This document shows positions 8,382-18,948 of a stretch of DNA of 64,000 nt, one piece after another. Position 1 is the first letter of the stretch; every line of letters starts with the position of its first letter. The notes under the pieces are model-generated. The model saw only the letters and a program-made list of their open reading frames with translations. It was not told the DNA's origin and made no database searches. The stretch spans positions 35,104-99,103 of the forward strand of contig CACEUX010000002.1 in assembly GCA_902562835.1 (NCBI GenBank), given 5' to 3'. The DNA comes from an uncultured Fidelibacterota bacterium. Its GTDB lineage: Bacteria; Fidelibacterota; Marinisomatia; Marinisomatales; UBA1611. The position numbers were made by a program, and so were the translations under genes.

Positions 8382-10312
8382 TTATTGTACCTATCATTAT
8401 ATGCAGAAACACCACCACTCAAAAATTCTGCAAAGCCATTAGGAACATAGCCACCTTTTTCTGCAAGAGTTGACTCATCCTTAGGATCAAGAATTACGTA
8501 ATAGGGTTGCGTTGCTTGTTTATAACGCTCAAACTGAAGCCTTGCAAAGGCCTCACTCAGTGAATCTTTTTTATCTACATATAGTCTTGCAAGTACCATC
8601 TTATCTAATTGCTCTTTAACTGGCTTCGTTGGAAAGACCCTTCGTTCCATGACACGACAGTTTGCACAATAAACACCAGTAAAATCAATAAACAATGGTT
8701 TATTATCTGCTTTAGCTTTTGCCAATGCCTCATCATACTGGTCAACAAACCATCCTTCTTTTATGGCAATATCATCTTCAGTTGGTGGCGGTGGTACCAG
8801 GGCCTCGATCAACTCGTCCATTAACCTTGGCATCTTAGCATAGTGATAGGTTGGTGGTGATGCCAAGGACATCCCCACTGGATATAGAAATAGGCCAGTT
8901 AACATGATAGCTATGACCCTTCCCTTACCCACTTTAAAAGGACTTATATTTTCGGCTGAACCCACTTTGTAAAGGCCCATTAGATAGCCAATGAGTAAAA
9001 CTCCAATTATAATGAATGACCAGAGAACAATATCACGAGGCAGTAGGCCTATCTCCCACTCTAGGTCTGGAACCCATAAGAATTTGATAGCTGCAGCGAT
9101 TTCAATAAATCCAAAACCGATCTTTAAAGTCTCCATCCAATTACCAGACTTGGGAAGTTTATCAAGAGCTGTTGGAAAAAGAGATAGAGCGACAAATGGA
9201 GCAGCGAATACGACCCCATAAACAACCATTCCGTAAAGGCTTGTTAAGATACCTCCAGCAGTACCAGCAGCCGCAACGACCAGAAGGGAACCCACAACGG
9301 GTACAGTACAACTGAAACTAGTTATGGCGAAGGTAACTCCAAGTAAGAAAGATCCGAGGTATGCACTGTTTGCAGATTGACCTGCACGATCTGTTGTATT
9401 AACAAGTTTACCTGCAACATTTACATTCACGACACCAAACATCCATAGTGCGAAGAATATAAATAGAATCCCAAGCGCCAGATTGATCCAAGGGTCTGTG
9501 GCTATTAGATTACCAATGTTTGCGTATTTTGACTGAGTGGCCGCATCATTCACCCCCCACGAAAGAAAACCTACCAACAGACCTATCAAAACAAAAGTAC
9601 CTGCTATTCCTAAACCATAAAAGGTAGCAATGGTGGTCCTACCTATATTCTTATCCTCAGACATTTTGCCAAAAAATGAAATAATGATCGGGATCATTGG
9701 ATATACACAGGGCATGACCCAACTGAGTATTGCACCACCAATAGCCAAAAGAAAAATATTTAAAAGTGTATTACTACCCCCAGAAGTACCACCTCCAGAT
9801 CCTGTGCTAGCTACTACAAACGTGGTCCTATCGTTACGAGCTGAACCAGCCTCAATAGTGAACTTAACCGTATCTGATTTTGTAATGGGTGGATAACAGA
9901 GTCGCTCATTGCAAACCATATAGTAGACATCCACCGCCATTGAATACTCACCGGGCCGGGCACTCCTTTTGATTCTGACTGGAAAAATGAATTCTGTATT
10001 ACCCTTATGATAATAGGTATCGGTCTCAAAACCGGGATCAAAAACATATTTTGGTTTTGGCTCTTGTACTGGTGCCATGGCCCCCACAACACTACTATTA
10101 ACAGTAATCTCAGTTGGCAAAGGCCCCTCAGTCACTTTATAAATAGAATATATATGCCACTGCTCTTCCATATTGGCATTTATTTTGATATTAACAACCT
10201 CGCCTGCTCTAGCTGGCGAGTCTACAGATGCTGTAATAGTAACAGGGTTCTGTGTAGACTGAGAGAACAGAAGGCCTGTCAGAAGCAACAGTTTTAAGAA
10301 TGTATTATTCAA
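8378..10312 (-). CDS. dsbD: DsbD-family thiol:disulfide interchange protein (N-terminal DsbD-alpha-like domain, CcdA-type TM core, C-terminal thioredoxin domain)
   Basis: The N-terminal domain has VCNERLCYPP. The multi-TM core has VMPCVYPMIP and FSCTVPV, the cysteines of the CcdA/DsbD channel. The C-terminal thioredoxin domain has YCANC. The ORF-track start (10411) is a GTG preceding non-signal-like sequence; a TTG at 10312 gives MNNTFLKLLLLTGLLFSQS, a clean signal peptide. The start is therefore uncertain. Confidence 0.8.
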   Translation of the reverse strand: MNNTFLKLLLLTGLLFSQSTQNPVTITASVDSPARAGEVVNIKINANMEEQWHIYSIYKVTEGPLPTEITVNSSVVGAMAPVQEPKPKYVFDPGFETDTYYHKGNTEFIFPVRIKRSARPGEYSMAVDVYYMVCNERLCYPPITKSDTVKFTIEAGSARNDRTTFVVASTGSGGGTSGGSNTLLNIFLLAIGGAILSWVMPCVYPMIPIIISFFGKMSEDKNIGRTTIATFYGLGIAGTFVLIGLLVGFLSWGVNDAATQSKYANIGNLIATDPWINLALGILFIFFALWMFGVVNVNVAGKLVNTTDRAGQSANSAYLGSFLLGVTFAITSFSCTVPVVGSLLVVAAAGTAGGILTSLYGMVVYGVVFAAPFVALSLFPTALDKLPKSGNWMETLKIGFGFIEIAAAIKFLWVPDLEWEIGLLPRDIVLWSFIIIGVLLIGYLMGLYKVGSAENISPFKVGKGRVIAIMLTGLFLYPVGMSLASPPTYHYAKMPRLMDELIEALVPPPPTEDDIAIKEGWFVDQYDEALAKAKADNKPLFIDFTGVYCANCRVMERRVFPTKPVKEQLDKMVLARLYVDKKDSLSEAFARLQFERYKQATQPYYVILDPKDESTLAEKGGYVPNGFAEFLSGGVSAYNDRYNK

Positions 10313-10574
10313 TTTTTTTATCAGTTTATAGTATGGTCTAAGTCTTTCCAAAACTAAATCAGCACAACTGCCACTCTTATAGAAAACGAAAAAAAGTGTA
10401 ATCTCAATCACACTATCTAGTAAAGGGCACTATATTGCGGCGAAAAGTAATTGAATTATAATTTGAACTCAACTATTGTTTGTCGGCAAAGATTCTTTTT
10501 TGCAAATTATTTTTAATTGTATAAAACTTACTAATTGATACAGATCTATAATTTTGAAGTAACTAATTTGTTTT

Positions 10575-11252
10575 TCAGTCGTCAATTTTTTCTAGCGTAA
10601 CGGTCATCTCAACCCTGCGAGTAGGGTTATCCCTTGCATCACGAGGAAGGTTCACTATCTGTTCCATAACTTGATCACCCTTTATCAATTGACCAAATAC
10701 CGTGTACTGACCATTCAGGTGTGGTGCATCAGCTGCACAAATAAAGAACTGACTTCCACCACTATTTGGATCATTAGAACGTGCCATTGACAAGATTCCA
10801 CGCTTGTGACTGATATCATTGAACTCGGCAGGCACATTCCACGAAGAGGGCTCACTCTCATTGCCAATACCAAAGAATCTTGCTGCATGACCGCCTGTAC
10901 CATAGCTAGCTTTATTATCAGTCTTGGTGTTCGGGTCGCCGCCTTGGATCATAAACCCTGGTATCACACGATGAAAAAGTGTGCCATCATAGTATCCGTT
11001 CTTAGCATGCAGCTTGAAGCTCTCAACATGCTTTGGTGCAACTCCATCAAAAAATTCTACTACCATATCACCAAAATCGGTGGTAATGACAGCAACATCC
11101 TTTTTAGGCTTATCTGCCTCAACTTTCTTAGGTTGTTGTTTTTCTTGATCTGATTGTTCTAATGTTGAATTCACAGGAGGTTCCTTTTTTGGTTTTCCAC
11201 AGCCCATATTAAATAGGCCTAAAATGATTAAAGATGGTAATAAATGTTTCAT
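10575..11252 (-). CDS. ppiB: Cyclophilin-type peptidyl-prolyl cis-trans isomerase, lipoprotein
   Basis: Lipobox LFNMGC, a K/E/P-rich linker, and the cyclophilin core motifs [15 protein letters not shown] and [17 protein letters not shown]. Confidence 0.9.
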   Translation of the reverse strand: MKHLLPSLIILGLFNMGCGKPKKEPPVNSTLEQSDQEKQQPKKVEADKPKKDVAVITTDFGDMVVEFFDGVAPKHVESFKLHAKNGYYDGTLFHRVIPGFMIQGGDPNTKTDNKASYGTGGHAARFFGIGNESEPSSWNVPAEFNDISHKRGILSMARSNDPNSGGSQFFICAADAPHLNGQYTVFGQLIKGDQVMEQIVNLPRDARDNPTRRVEMTVTLEKIDD

Positions 11253-11827
11253 GATAAATATCGACTCCCAGGTTTTTGTATTGGAATTGCAGCGAGATCA
11301 TCCGGGACCTCATCTTCCCCGTAACTAACTGCATCCAATTTTACGATTGAAAATTGATTATTGTGAAGTGTTACTGATCCATTACTGCGATCGACTAAAA
11401 CGCCAACACCAAGTATGTTACCACCCGCTACCTCGACCAGGTCCATAACCTCTCTGACAGAGCCACCTGTAGTGATTACATCTTCAACAACTAAAACTTT
11501 TTCGCCCTTTTCTATATGAAAACCCCTACGAATGACCATGTTTCCTTCCTTTCTCTCTGCAAAAATGGTCCGACAGCCTAATTGAGTCCCCACCTCTGTT
11601 CCTAAGACCACACCGCCAATTGCTGGAGATATTACAACATCAGGAGCCTGATCTTCAAACTCATCTGCGATCATAATAGAAAATGCGGTGAGATACTCAG
11701 GGTGCTGTAAGACCTTGGCACACTGGAAATAAGAAGCACTGTGCCTTCCAGAAGTTAAAACAAAGTGTCCTTCCAACAGAGCTTCTGTAGATCTAAATAT
11801 AGATAGTATCTGTTCTCGCTCACTCAT
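11249..11827 (-). CDS. pyrE: Orotate phosphoribosyltransferase
   Basis: PRPP-binding motif [13 protein letters not shown]. The size (192 aa) fits, it sits next to pyrF, and it has an ATGA overlap with the downstream PPIase gene. Confidence 0.9.
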   Translation of the reverse strand: MSEREQILSIFRSTEALLEGHFVLTSGRHSASYFQCAKVLQHPEYLTAFSIMIADEFEDQAPDVVISPAIGGVVLGTEVGTQLGCRTIFAERKEGNMVIRRGFHIEKGEKVLVVEDVITTGGSVREVMDLVEVAGGNILGVGVLVDRSNGSVTLHNNQFSIVKLDAVSYGEDEVPDDLAAIPIQKPGSRYLS

Positions 11828-12643
11828 TTAGCTCATTACCTTTCTCATTTGTTCTACATAATCTGATGCAGATCTATGGATCGCATCCTCACTCATGTCA
11901 CCTTTGAAGCTTATATCTCTAGACACGTTGATCAGACCAACACCACTCTGATTACCTACCTTGAGGCAATGGGTAAGGTCTCCACCTTGTGCACCCACTC
12001 CAGGGATCAATAATGGGGCATCGGGTATTATACTTCGTATACGATTTAATTCATCAGGTGCAGTTGCACCCACTACAAGACCAACATTATCCAGAGTATT
12101 CAGATCTTTTATCATTTGGGCTACATGTTCGTAGAGAGGTTTTCCATTCACAAGATGGTCTTGCAGGTCTTTTGCAGATGCATTAGAGGTTCTACATAAT
12201 ACAAAAGCGCCTCTAGTCTTATCTGTAATAAAAGGAGCAATACTGTCAGAACCCATGTAAGGATTTACAGTAACAGAGTCGAATCCAAAGTGGTTGAAAA
12301 TACTCTCGGCGTATTGCTTGGCGGTGTTGCCAATATCACCCCTCTTCGCATCGGCTATCTTAATATACTGGTCACCAATGTAGCTGACCGTTTCCTCAAG
12401 CCAGGCAAATCCGACCGCGCCCCAACGCTCAAAGAATGCAAAATTTGGTTTATAGGCGACAGCAAGTTCTCTCGTCGCATCTATGACCTTGAACGTATGA
12501 TCTTTCAAACTAGACAGGTTATTGCTGCCAAGTGCTTCTGGGTTCATATCCAGTCCAACACAGAGCCAAGACCTGCGCTCATCTGTGAGCGCCTTAAGAC
12601 GAGAATTAAATGGTGACATAGACCGATAATTTACCAAGTTCAT
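11828..12643 (-). CDS. pyrF: Orotidine 5'-phosphate decarboxylase (type 2)
   Basis: LCVGLD, DAKRGDIGNTA and PGVGAQGG motifs. The ORF-track start 12655 is GTG; ATGs at 12643 and 12619 are alternatives, so the start is uncertain by up to 36 nt. Confidence 0.88.
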   Translation of the reverse strand: MNLVNYRSMSPFNSRLKALTDERRSWLCVGLDMNPEALGSNNLSSLKDHTFKVIDATRELAVAYKPNFAFFERWGAVGFAWLEETVSYIGDQYIKIADAKRGDIGNTAKQYAESIFNHFGFDSVTVNPYMGSDSIAPFITDKTRGAFVLCRTSNASAKDLQDHLVNGKPLYEHVAQMIKDLNTLDNVGLVVGATAPDELNRIRSIIPDAPLLIPGVGAQGGDLTHCLKVGNQSGVGLINVSRDISFKGDMSEDAIHRSASDYVEQMRKVMS

Positions 12644-12717
12644 AGAGCAGACCACAATTCCAATTCATTATATTTTCACAGATATCATTTTATTAAAGAC
12701 ATCCCTAAACTTCACCC

Positions 12718-13311
12718 ATGGAAGAAGATCTTTTTCAGCAAGAACCTGGATCAAGAACCCAGGTCATAGCCTCCAGTGGACCCTTTCAAATAGAGTTCAT
12801 TGAATACGTAGGATCTGACGACTATAATACCTTTATCAAGATATCTGAGTCACTTGTAGATGAGTATGGAGCGGTCGCTAAGCTCACACCAAAAACGATC
12901 CAAACGTACTTCAATAAAGATGGCTGCCTACCATTCATTGCCAGACATCAGGGAGATATCATTGGCTATATGATCGGAGTACCGATTGAGGTATTGCACA
13001 AGGAACCTTGGGCACGTCTTGATATAAACTTTGGTAAAAACAACACGATATACACGTATGCCTTTGTCGTTCAAAAACATTTCAAGGGAAATGGCTATGC
13101 TAAAATGTTAAAACGGGTCTATTTGAACTGGGTAAAAAAACAAGAACACATCCTTTTTGTCACGGGACATGTTAGGCAGGGAATAGCCTCAAGGTTTATT
13201 GGTCAAATAAGGATCATAGACAGCATCGAGAATTGGCAGGGAACGGGGAAAACCTTTGAGTATTACCGTCGTATCATAGACCCAGAGCAGATATATAAGA
13301 CCCCAACATAG
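12718..13311 (+). CDS. GNAT-family N-acetyltransferase (putative)
   Basis: Acetyl-CoA motif-A-like segment VVQKHFKGNGYAKMLKR in the expected position of a ~200-aa protein. The substrate is unknown. Confidence 0.5.
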   Translation: MEEDLFQQEPGSRTQVIASSGPFQIEFIEYVGSDDYNTFIKISESLVDEYGAVAKLTPKTIQTYFNKDGCLPFIARHQGDIIGYMIGVPIEVLHKEPWARLDINFGKNNTIYTYAFVVQKHFKGNGYAKMLKRVYLNWVKKQEHILFVTGHVRQGIASRFIGQIRIIDSIENWQGTGKTFEYYRRIIDPEQIYKTPT

Positions 13312-13319
13312 ATCTCTTG

Positions 13320-14858
13320 TTACTCTTCATCATTAAAAAACTGCACCAGAGACTCTTTATCTGGTGCATTTGCGAATAAACTTCCTCCTACTAAGGCAAG
13401 AATGGAAAGTCCAGCAGCTGGGTAAGTAAGTTCTTGTAAGAATGGATGCATATCGGTGAAGCCAGGCCATGAGGGCAAGAAATAGGTCCAGATGATTGTA
13501 ACTGAAGCACCAGTAATAATACTTGCGACAGCTCCCTCCTTTGTTGCTCTTTTCCATAGAAAAGCAGCTAGTAAAGCAGGTGTAATTGAGGTACCATATA
13601 TGTTATACGCTGTGAATGCAGCATTTAAAACCGTTTTGAACTGACTCACCAATAGAAAAGCAATTAGCCCTAGGACCAATACCAGACCACGGCTGATAAG
13701 TAGTATCTGTTTTTCAGTAGCTGTTGGATTGATATGACGTGAGTAAACATCTCTGGTCAGATTAGTAGCTGGAATCAATAAGAATGAATCTGCAGTCGAT
13801 ACAATGATCGCCATCATGGTAGAGGCTAATAACAGTCCTAGTACCATTGGCAGGCCTGAGTATCTTGCTATGGCAGGTATGACAGACTCGCTTGCTGATT
13901 GTCTGGCCTCGAGTAATGAACTAGGATCTGTGAGCCCTGTTTGGGCCTCCGCCACTAGATCAGGGATGATTCCCTTACTGGCAGCAACTGCACCAGTGAG
14001 GCCAAGCATGGATATGACCGATTCCAGAACAACCACTCCAATGATCCAGAAAAAGACGGCCTTTTTTGCCGAGCCACCATCTTTTGCACTGAAGATACGC
14101 TGGTACATATTCGCATCACCCATAAGTAATAACATTGTAGGTACAAAAAAGCTTATCGCTATAATAGGACCTGAAATATCGCCTGTTCTTTCTGCTGCCC
14201 AGTTACCAAACCATTGCCACTTACCTGCTGACTCAGCCACTGCAATGATCTCCCCTATTCCTCCAACTTTAAAAAATAAGAAAATAAGTGCACCTATTGT
14301 TCCAATGGTCATAAGTACACCATTGACCACATCGGTATAGACCACAGAGAACATCCCAGCTATAACAGTGTAAGATATGGCGAAGACAGCCGTGATGATT
14401 ATACCTGACTCCATAGAGACCATACCATCTGAGACCATTGACAGCACTTTACCCCCTCCTCTGAACTGATAGGACACTATGGTTGTATAGGCTATCACTG
14501 TTGTTATAGTTGCTAAAATGGCGGCAGTTTGACCATACCTAGCCTCAAAGATATCTGGTACCGTTACCTTGCCAAAGTTTCTGATCCTTTTACTGATAAA
14601 ATATATGAGCGCAATACCGATCCACGCCCCTCCACTTGACCAGAGGCCTGCAAGGCCATTGCGATAGCCCAGCCCTCCTCCGCTAAATAAAGAGCCACTA
14701 CCCATCCAAGTTGCTAGCAAGGTTCCCACCAGAATAAACCACGGAAGGGTTCTGCCCGCTACCATAAAGTCTTCACTATCTTTTACTGAGCTGACCTTAT
14801 ATATACCAACGGCGACCAGGGCCAGTAGATAGATAATAATACAGGTTAAGTATATCAT
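13320..14858 (-). CDS. Sodium:solute symporter (SSS) family transporter
   Basis: About 13 predicted TM segments. The N-terminal FMVAGRTLPW motif and overall SSS-like glycine-rich helices are present. The substrate cannot be inferred. Confidence 0.75.
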   Translation of the reverse strand: MIYLTCIIIYLLALVAVGIYKVSSVKDSEDFMVAGRTLPWFILVGTLLATWMGSGSLFSGGGLGYRNGLAGLWSSGGAWIGIALIYFISKRIRNFGKVTVPDIFEARYGQTAAILATITTVIAYTTIVSYQFRGGGKVLSMVSDGMVSMESGIIITAVFAISYTVIAGMFSVVYTDVVNGVLMTIGTIGALIFLFFKVGGIGEIIAVAESAGKWQWFGNWAAERTGDISGPIIAISFFVPTMLLLMGDANMYQRIFSAKDGGSAKKAVFFWIIGVVVLESVISMLGLTGAVAASKGIIPDLVAEAQTGLTDPSSLLEARQSASESVIPAIARYSGLPMVLGLLLASTMMAIIVSTADSFLLIPATNLTRDVYSRHINPTATEKQILLISRGLVLVLGLIAFLLVSQFKTVLNAAFTAYNIYGTSITPALLAAFLWKRATKEGAVASIITGASVTIIWTYFLPSWPGFTDMHPFLQELTYPAAGLSILALVGGSLFANAPDKESLVQFFNDEE

Positions 14859-14894
14859 AGCAAGGCTATTTCCAGATACAAATAGATGATAAAA

Positions 14895-15755
14895 CTATAA
14901 TTTATATTTATCACTGAGATTGATCTCCTCAACCCTTCCCTTGAACACCCTATCATAGATGGCTACGGTCAACCACTCTTTTTCTCGCTCTAGTTCATCT
15001 AAACCAACATTTTTATACCATATTTTATCTTTTGAATTCCAACGGTATTTATTTCCTTTTACAATATCTTTTTTCACTGGATCATATTGGAAATTCTCAG
15101 CAAAGATAATGTACAAAGGTTTCTTTGATGCTTCGATCAATTCTAAAAGGGGCCTATGATCCCCATATGACTTATGGGTCAATAGATGTATCATTGCATC
15201 CACATCATTCATAGCGCGATGGGCGTCAAAATAAAATCCGTGCCAATAACATAAAAGCTCTTGCTTTGCACTACTAAATCCTTTTTCGAGCCAGTTAATA
15301 TCATTGACCGAACATGCCCATATCTTTCTAGGGGAGACCGATGAGTAGCGGTCTAAGAATGCGCGATCAAAACCGGCATTATGAGCAATGATCAGATCAG
15401 CATTATCTAAGATCATATCCACCCTCTCCCAGTCTATCTTTTGTCCTTCTACCATCTCATTATCAATACCGGTCAATAGCATGATCTCATTACTGATATC
15501 TTCATCAGGGTCATTGAATGATTCATATATTTCATCGACTGTGACGATCTTTCCTGAGGATCTTTCAAAGTTGACCACTTTAATGGCAAGTTCTATGATC
15601 TTATCATTTATTCTATCCACACCCGTTGTTTCAGTATCAAGAAAAGCGACCCTTATACACTCCTGATCCGTAATCAACAATTCTGGTGCTGGAGGATCAT
15701 ACTTGGTCAGAGTTATCTTATTTGATAATGCTTCTAACGAATTAATAAATGTCAT
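14895..15755 (-). CDS. DEDDh (DnaQ-like) 3'-5' exonuclease with C-terminal DUF5710-like extension
   Basis: ExoI FLDTETTG (nt 15621-15638), ExoII AHNAGFD and ExoIII HRAMNDV. The C-terminal ~85 aa (FAENFQYDPVKKDIVKGNKYRWNSKDKIWY) follow the K-x-x-K-x-x-G-x-x-W-x(3-4)-K-x-W-Y pattern. An AAGGAAA Shine-Dalgarno-like element lies 5 nt before the ATG. Confidence 0.8.
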   Translation of the reverse strand: MTFINSLEALSNKITLTKYDPPAPELLITDQECIRVAFLDTETTGVDRINDKIIELAIKVVNFERSSGKIVTVDEIYESFNDPDEDISNEIMLLTGIDNEMVEGQKIDWERVDMILDNADLIIAHNAGFDRAFLDRYSSVSPRKIWACSVNDINWLEKGFSSAKQELLCYWHGFYFDAHRAMNDVDAMIHLLTHKSYGDHRPLLELIEASKKPLYIIFAENFQYDPVKKDIVKGNKYRWNSKDKIWYKNVGLDELEREKEWLTVAIYDRVFKGRVEEINLSDKYKL

Positions 15756-15766
15756 AAATATTTCCT

Positions 15767-16468
15767 TTAACTATTTAACATTCCTCTAATCTCATTCTTC
15801 ATGTAGGGCGCAACAAGCGCATTGACCCCATCATTACGAATATGAGCGATCAGTTGGTTGTTGATCTTGATATTGTAGTATTCTTCAAGTATGTATCTGT
15901 ATAATGATAATTGGACAGAATAATGGTAAAAATTGCAGTCCATTATATGCTTTGATGCCTCGTGGGTCCCCATCTTATTGCCGAAGGATACCGTTTCTAT
16001 CTTTTTTGAGGTCTTCCAGTCAATAAGCTCATATTCACCTGTATCATTATTTTTTGCAAGGATGTCTACAGTACCCGCAATGGATAATTCAGTACTATAG
16101 ATAATGACCTCTGAGAAGACATCAATGTTGGATTTTAATTTATATGACTCTAACCAATTTTTACCATTGATCGCTTTTATCTCACTTGGCTCTGTGCCCT
16201 CTTTTATCCATTCTTCTATTTCATTATGAACCTTTGTGCCATGGTCAGCAGTTGCATTCCACTCTGCGATCAATGATTCAACTGTATGGCTGGAGTATTT
16301 GGGATGGCTATTTACTAGTTTAGTGGCAATCTTTTGAGCATCAAATCCCTCAAAGAACTTTTCAACATAGGTCGTAACGCTTGTAAAAAGGATATCTGGA
16401 TCTGTGTCTAGTTTATACTCGTGGGTCTCTTTATTAAGACTAATGTTATTTTCAAAGATATCATTCAT
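15767..16468 (-). CDS. RecB-fold PD-(D/E)XK nuclease (Cas4/phage-exonuclease-like, no Fe-S cysteines)
   Basis: Motif I THEYKL...FTSVTTY. Motifs II-III GTVDIL...ELIDWK (ELIDWK at nt 16013-16030). The RecB-type QxxxY motif QLSLY is at nt 15899-15913. Confidence 0.75.
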   Translation of the reverse strand: MNDIFENNISLNKETHEYKLDTDPDILFTSVTTYVEKFFEGFDAQKIATKLVNSHPKYSSHTVESLIAEWNATADHGTKVHNEIEEWIKEGTEPSEIKAINGKNWLESYKLKSNIDVFSEVIIYSTELSIAGTVDILAKNNDTGEYELIDWKTSKKIETVSFGNKMGTHEASKHIMDCNFYHYSVQLSLYRYILEEYYNIKINNQLIAHIRNDGVNALVAPYMKNEIRGMLNS

Positions 16469-16610
16469 TTTCTTTCCGAAGGGCTGAATTTACGAAGCAG
16501 ACAAATCGAAAAACATTTTCAGGTCATTAAACAATATAAATATCATTATCTTTTTAGTGTAAATCTCTAATAAAAAAAACTCTAACTTCCCCTGTCTACT
16601 TTAAAGACCT

Positions 16611-18764
16611 ATGAAAAATCTAATTTTAATTCATTTATGTTTTATTTTTATATGGAGCTGTAGCAGTAAATCAATGAATAAAGAATCCAAACATCAGAAT
16701 CGATTAGCTGATTCGCAAAGTCCTTATCTTTTACAACATGCTTATAATCCTGTAGACTGGTATCCATGGGGCGAAGAAGCATTTGAAAAAGCAAAACAGG
16801 AAAATAAACCCATATTTTTATCCATAGGGTATTCCACTTGCCATTGGTGCCATGTGATGGAGCATGAGTCTTTTGAAGATACAACTGTGGCCGAATTAAT
16901 GAACCAGAATTTTGTGAATATTAAGGTGGACCGTGAAGAAATGCCTGAGGTGGACCACCTTTATATGTCTGTATGTCAGGCCATGACCGGAAGAGGCGGA
17001 TGGCCACTTACCATTGTGATGACGCCGGAAAAAGAACCTTTCTTTGCGGGCACCTATTTCCCAAAGGATGGTCGAGGCCAGAGACCAGGGATGCTACAAC
17101 TTATACCAAGCCTCGCTAATGCATGGTCAACAAAACAAGGTGAGATACGTGAATCGATCGATAAGGTCCAAGATTATTTGATCCGTATCAATACGAGCGT
17201 ACCAGGTGGTGAATGGGATGAGACCATGATAAGAGATGCATTTGGTCAGTACGCTAGTAGGTTTGACCCTGACTATGGTGGATTTGGAAGGGCCCCAAAA
17301 TTCCCATCGCCTCATAATCTGATCCTGCTTACTAGATACAGCAAGATCTACGATGACCCAACTGCTTTAAAGATGGTAGAGACCACCCTCCATTACATGA
17401 GACTTGGTGGTATGTTCGATCAAATTGGTCTCGGCTTCCATCGCTACTCAACCGATAAACGCTGGTTACTACCTCACTTTGAAAAAATGCTTTATGACCA
17501 GGCCATGCTCTCCATGGCATATCTAGAGGCGTATCATTTGACCGGTAATGAAGACTACGCAAATGTCGCAAGAGAGATATTCACCTATGTCCTAAGGGAT
17601 ATGACCGATAAAGATGGTGGGTTCTACTCTGCTGAAGACGCTGATAGTGAAGGTGAAGAAGGAACTTTCTATGTCTGGGACGAAGAAGAATTAATAGAAG
17701 TCTTAGGAGAAAAAAATGGAAAAATAATGGCTAAGGTCTATGGATTCTTGGACGCAGGAAATTTCCATGATGAGGCAACCGGTCAGACCACTGGCAAAAA
17801 TATTCCATATTTCCAGGAAAACAGAGCTGTTTTAGCTAAAAAATTTGAGATGTCTCCCGAGGAATTAAATGAGGTAATAGAAACGTCTAGAGAAAAACTT
17901 TTTGAGATAAGAGAAAAAAGGATTCACCCGCTAAAAGATGATAAGGTTTTAACCGATTGGAATGGCCTTATGATCGCAGCTTTAGCTCTTGGCGGTCAAA
18001 TTTTAGATGAAGTAGAATATACCAATGCTGCTAAAAAAGCAGCTGATTTCATACACAAAAAACTACGAGATAAAAATGGCCGGCTTATGAAAAGGTATCG
18101 CCTTGGAAAAGCAGGACTTTCACCCCACTTAGATGATTATTCATTTATGGTATGGGGTCTGTTAAATCTATACGAGGGAACTTTTAACGTAAAGTATCTA
18201 TCCAGAGCTATAGAACTATCAGAGATAATGGATGAGGATTTTTCAGATGAGAACGGTGGCTTCTTTATTGGAAGTAAAGATGCAGAAAAACTGATGGTCA
18301 GGGCAAAAGACAGCTATGACAGCGCTATCCCTTCAGGAAACTCAGTAGCAGTTATGAATCTTTTTCGTTTAAGTAAAATGACAGGCGATAAGAAGTGGAC
18401 CGACCTTGCAGATAAAACACTAATGGCTTTTACTGACCAGGCTAAACAAAGCCCCACAGGGTTTGCCCATATGCTCACAGGTTTTATGTTTGACCTCAAA
18501 GACCCAAAAGAATTGGTTATAGCCGCAAATGGATATGACGAAAAAGTAAACGAGCTCGTCCGAAAGATACGAGGTACTTATTCCCCAAATAAAGTGGTGT
18601 TATTCAAAGATATCTCTGATCCAAAAGATATTGAAAGGATAGCTCCCTGGGTAGATGCTCATTCTTTAATGGATGATAAACCTACTTTCTATGTCTGTGA
18701 GAATTTTACCTGTAAACGTCCAACGACTAATATAAAAACAGTTTTAAATTATATTAGTGAGTAA
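16611..18764 (+). CDS. YyaL/DUF255 thioredoxin-domain protein with (alpha/alpha)6 N-acylglucosamine-epimerase-like domain, lipoprotein
   Basis: Lipobox IWSCS. N-terminal [13 protein letters not shown]...[21 protein letters not shown] is the DUF255/SSP411 signature. The length (717 aa) is typical. Confidence 0.85.
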   Translation: MKNLILIHLCFIFIWSCSSKSMNKESKHQNRLADSQSPYLLQHAYNPVDWYPWGEEAFEKAKQENKPIFLSIGYSTCHWCHVMEHESFEDTTVAELMNQNFVNIKVDREEMPEVDHLYMSVCQAMTGRGGWPLTIVMTPEKEPFFAGTYFPKDGRGQRPGMLQLIPSLANAWSTKQGEIRESIDKVQDYLIRINTSVPGGEWDETMIRDAFGQYASRFDPDYGGFGRAPKFPSPHNLILLTRYSKIYDDPTALKMVETTLHYMRLGGMFDQIGLGFHRYSTDKRWLLPHFEKMLYDQAMLSMAYLEAYHLTGNEDYANVAREIFTYVLRDMTDKDGGFYSAEDADSEGEEGTFYVWDEEELIEVLGEKNGKIMAKVYGFLDAGNFHDEATGQTTGKNIPYFQENRAVLAKKFEMSPEELNEVIETSREKLFEIREKRIHPLKDDKVLTDWNGLMIAALALGGQILDEVEYTNAAKKAADFIHKKLRDKNGRLMKRYRLGKAGLSPHLDDYSFMVWGLLNLYEGTFNVKYLSRAIELSEIMDEDFSDENGGFFIGSKDAEKLMVRAKDSYDSAIPSGNSVAVMNLFRLSKMTGDKKWTDLADKTLMAFTDQAKQSPTGFAHMLTGFMFDLKDPKELVIAANGYDEKVNELVRKIRGTYSPNKVVLFKDISDPKDIERIAPWVDAHSLMDDKPTFYVCENFTCKRPTTNIKTVLNYISE

Positions 18765-18948
18765 AACCTTCTCTAAACAACTAGGCTCTACCTTAGCACA
18801 CATCCAGGATCTTTTTGATACAGTAATACTTGGGCTACTTAGGTCTTCAGGTAGTAAAGATAAAAATACAGTGATCGATAATATAAAAGACGCTGGAGAT
18901 TCTTACTATAAGACATACTCTGATATAAAAAAAGGAAAGGACAACTAA
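18757..18948 (+). CDS. Small hypothetical protein (63 aa)
   Basis: It fills the gap exactly between the yyaL-like stop (8-nt overlap) and the transporter start (1-nt overlap), on the same strand as both. No recognisable motif. Confidence 0.3.
   Translation: MSKTFSKQLGSTLAHIQDLFDTVILGLLRSSGSKDKNTVIDNIKDAGDSYYKTYSDIKKGKDN

Noticed and set aside
10313-10411. The N-terminal extension of the dsbD ORF given by the track (GTG at 10411).
   Set aside because: The extra 33 residues (MIEITLFFVFYKSGSCADLV...) precede the obvious signal peptide instead of forming one. A TTG at 10312 yields a canonical signal sequence. This remains uncertain without comparative data.
13804-14340. A 178-aa plus-strand ORF antisense to the SSS transporter gene.
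   Set aside because: It is fully embedded in a 512-aa ORF with a clear transporter pattern. Its own translation is a low-complexity S/P/A/T-rich sequence with no motif or plausible start context.
14895-16468. The idea that the nuclease pair marks a prophage or integrative element.
   Set aside because: I could not see an integrase, recombinase, capsid or terminase gene, a flanking direct repeat or a tRNA attachment site. Both flanks are ordinary chromosomal genes. At most it is a remnant or a small cassette.
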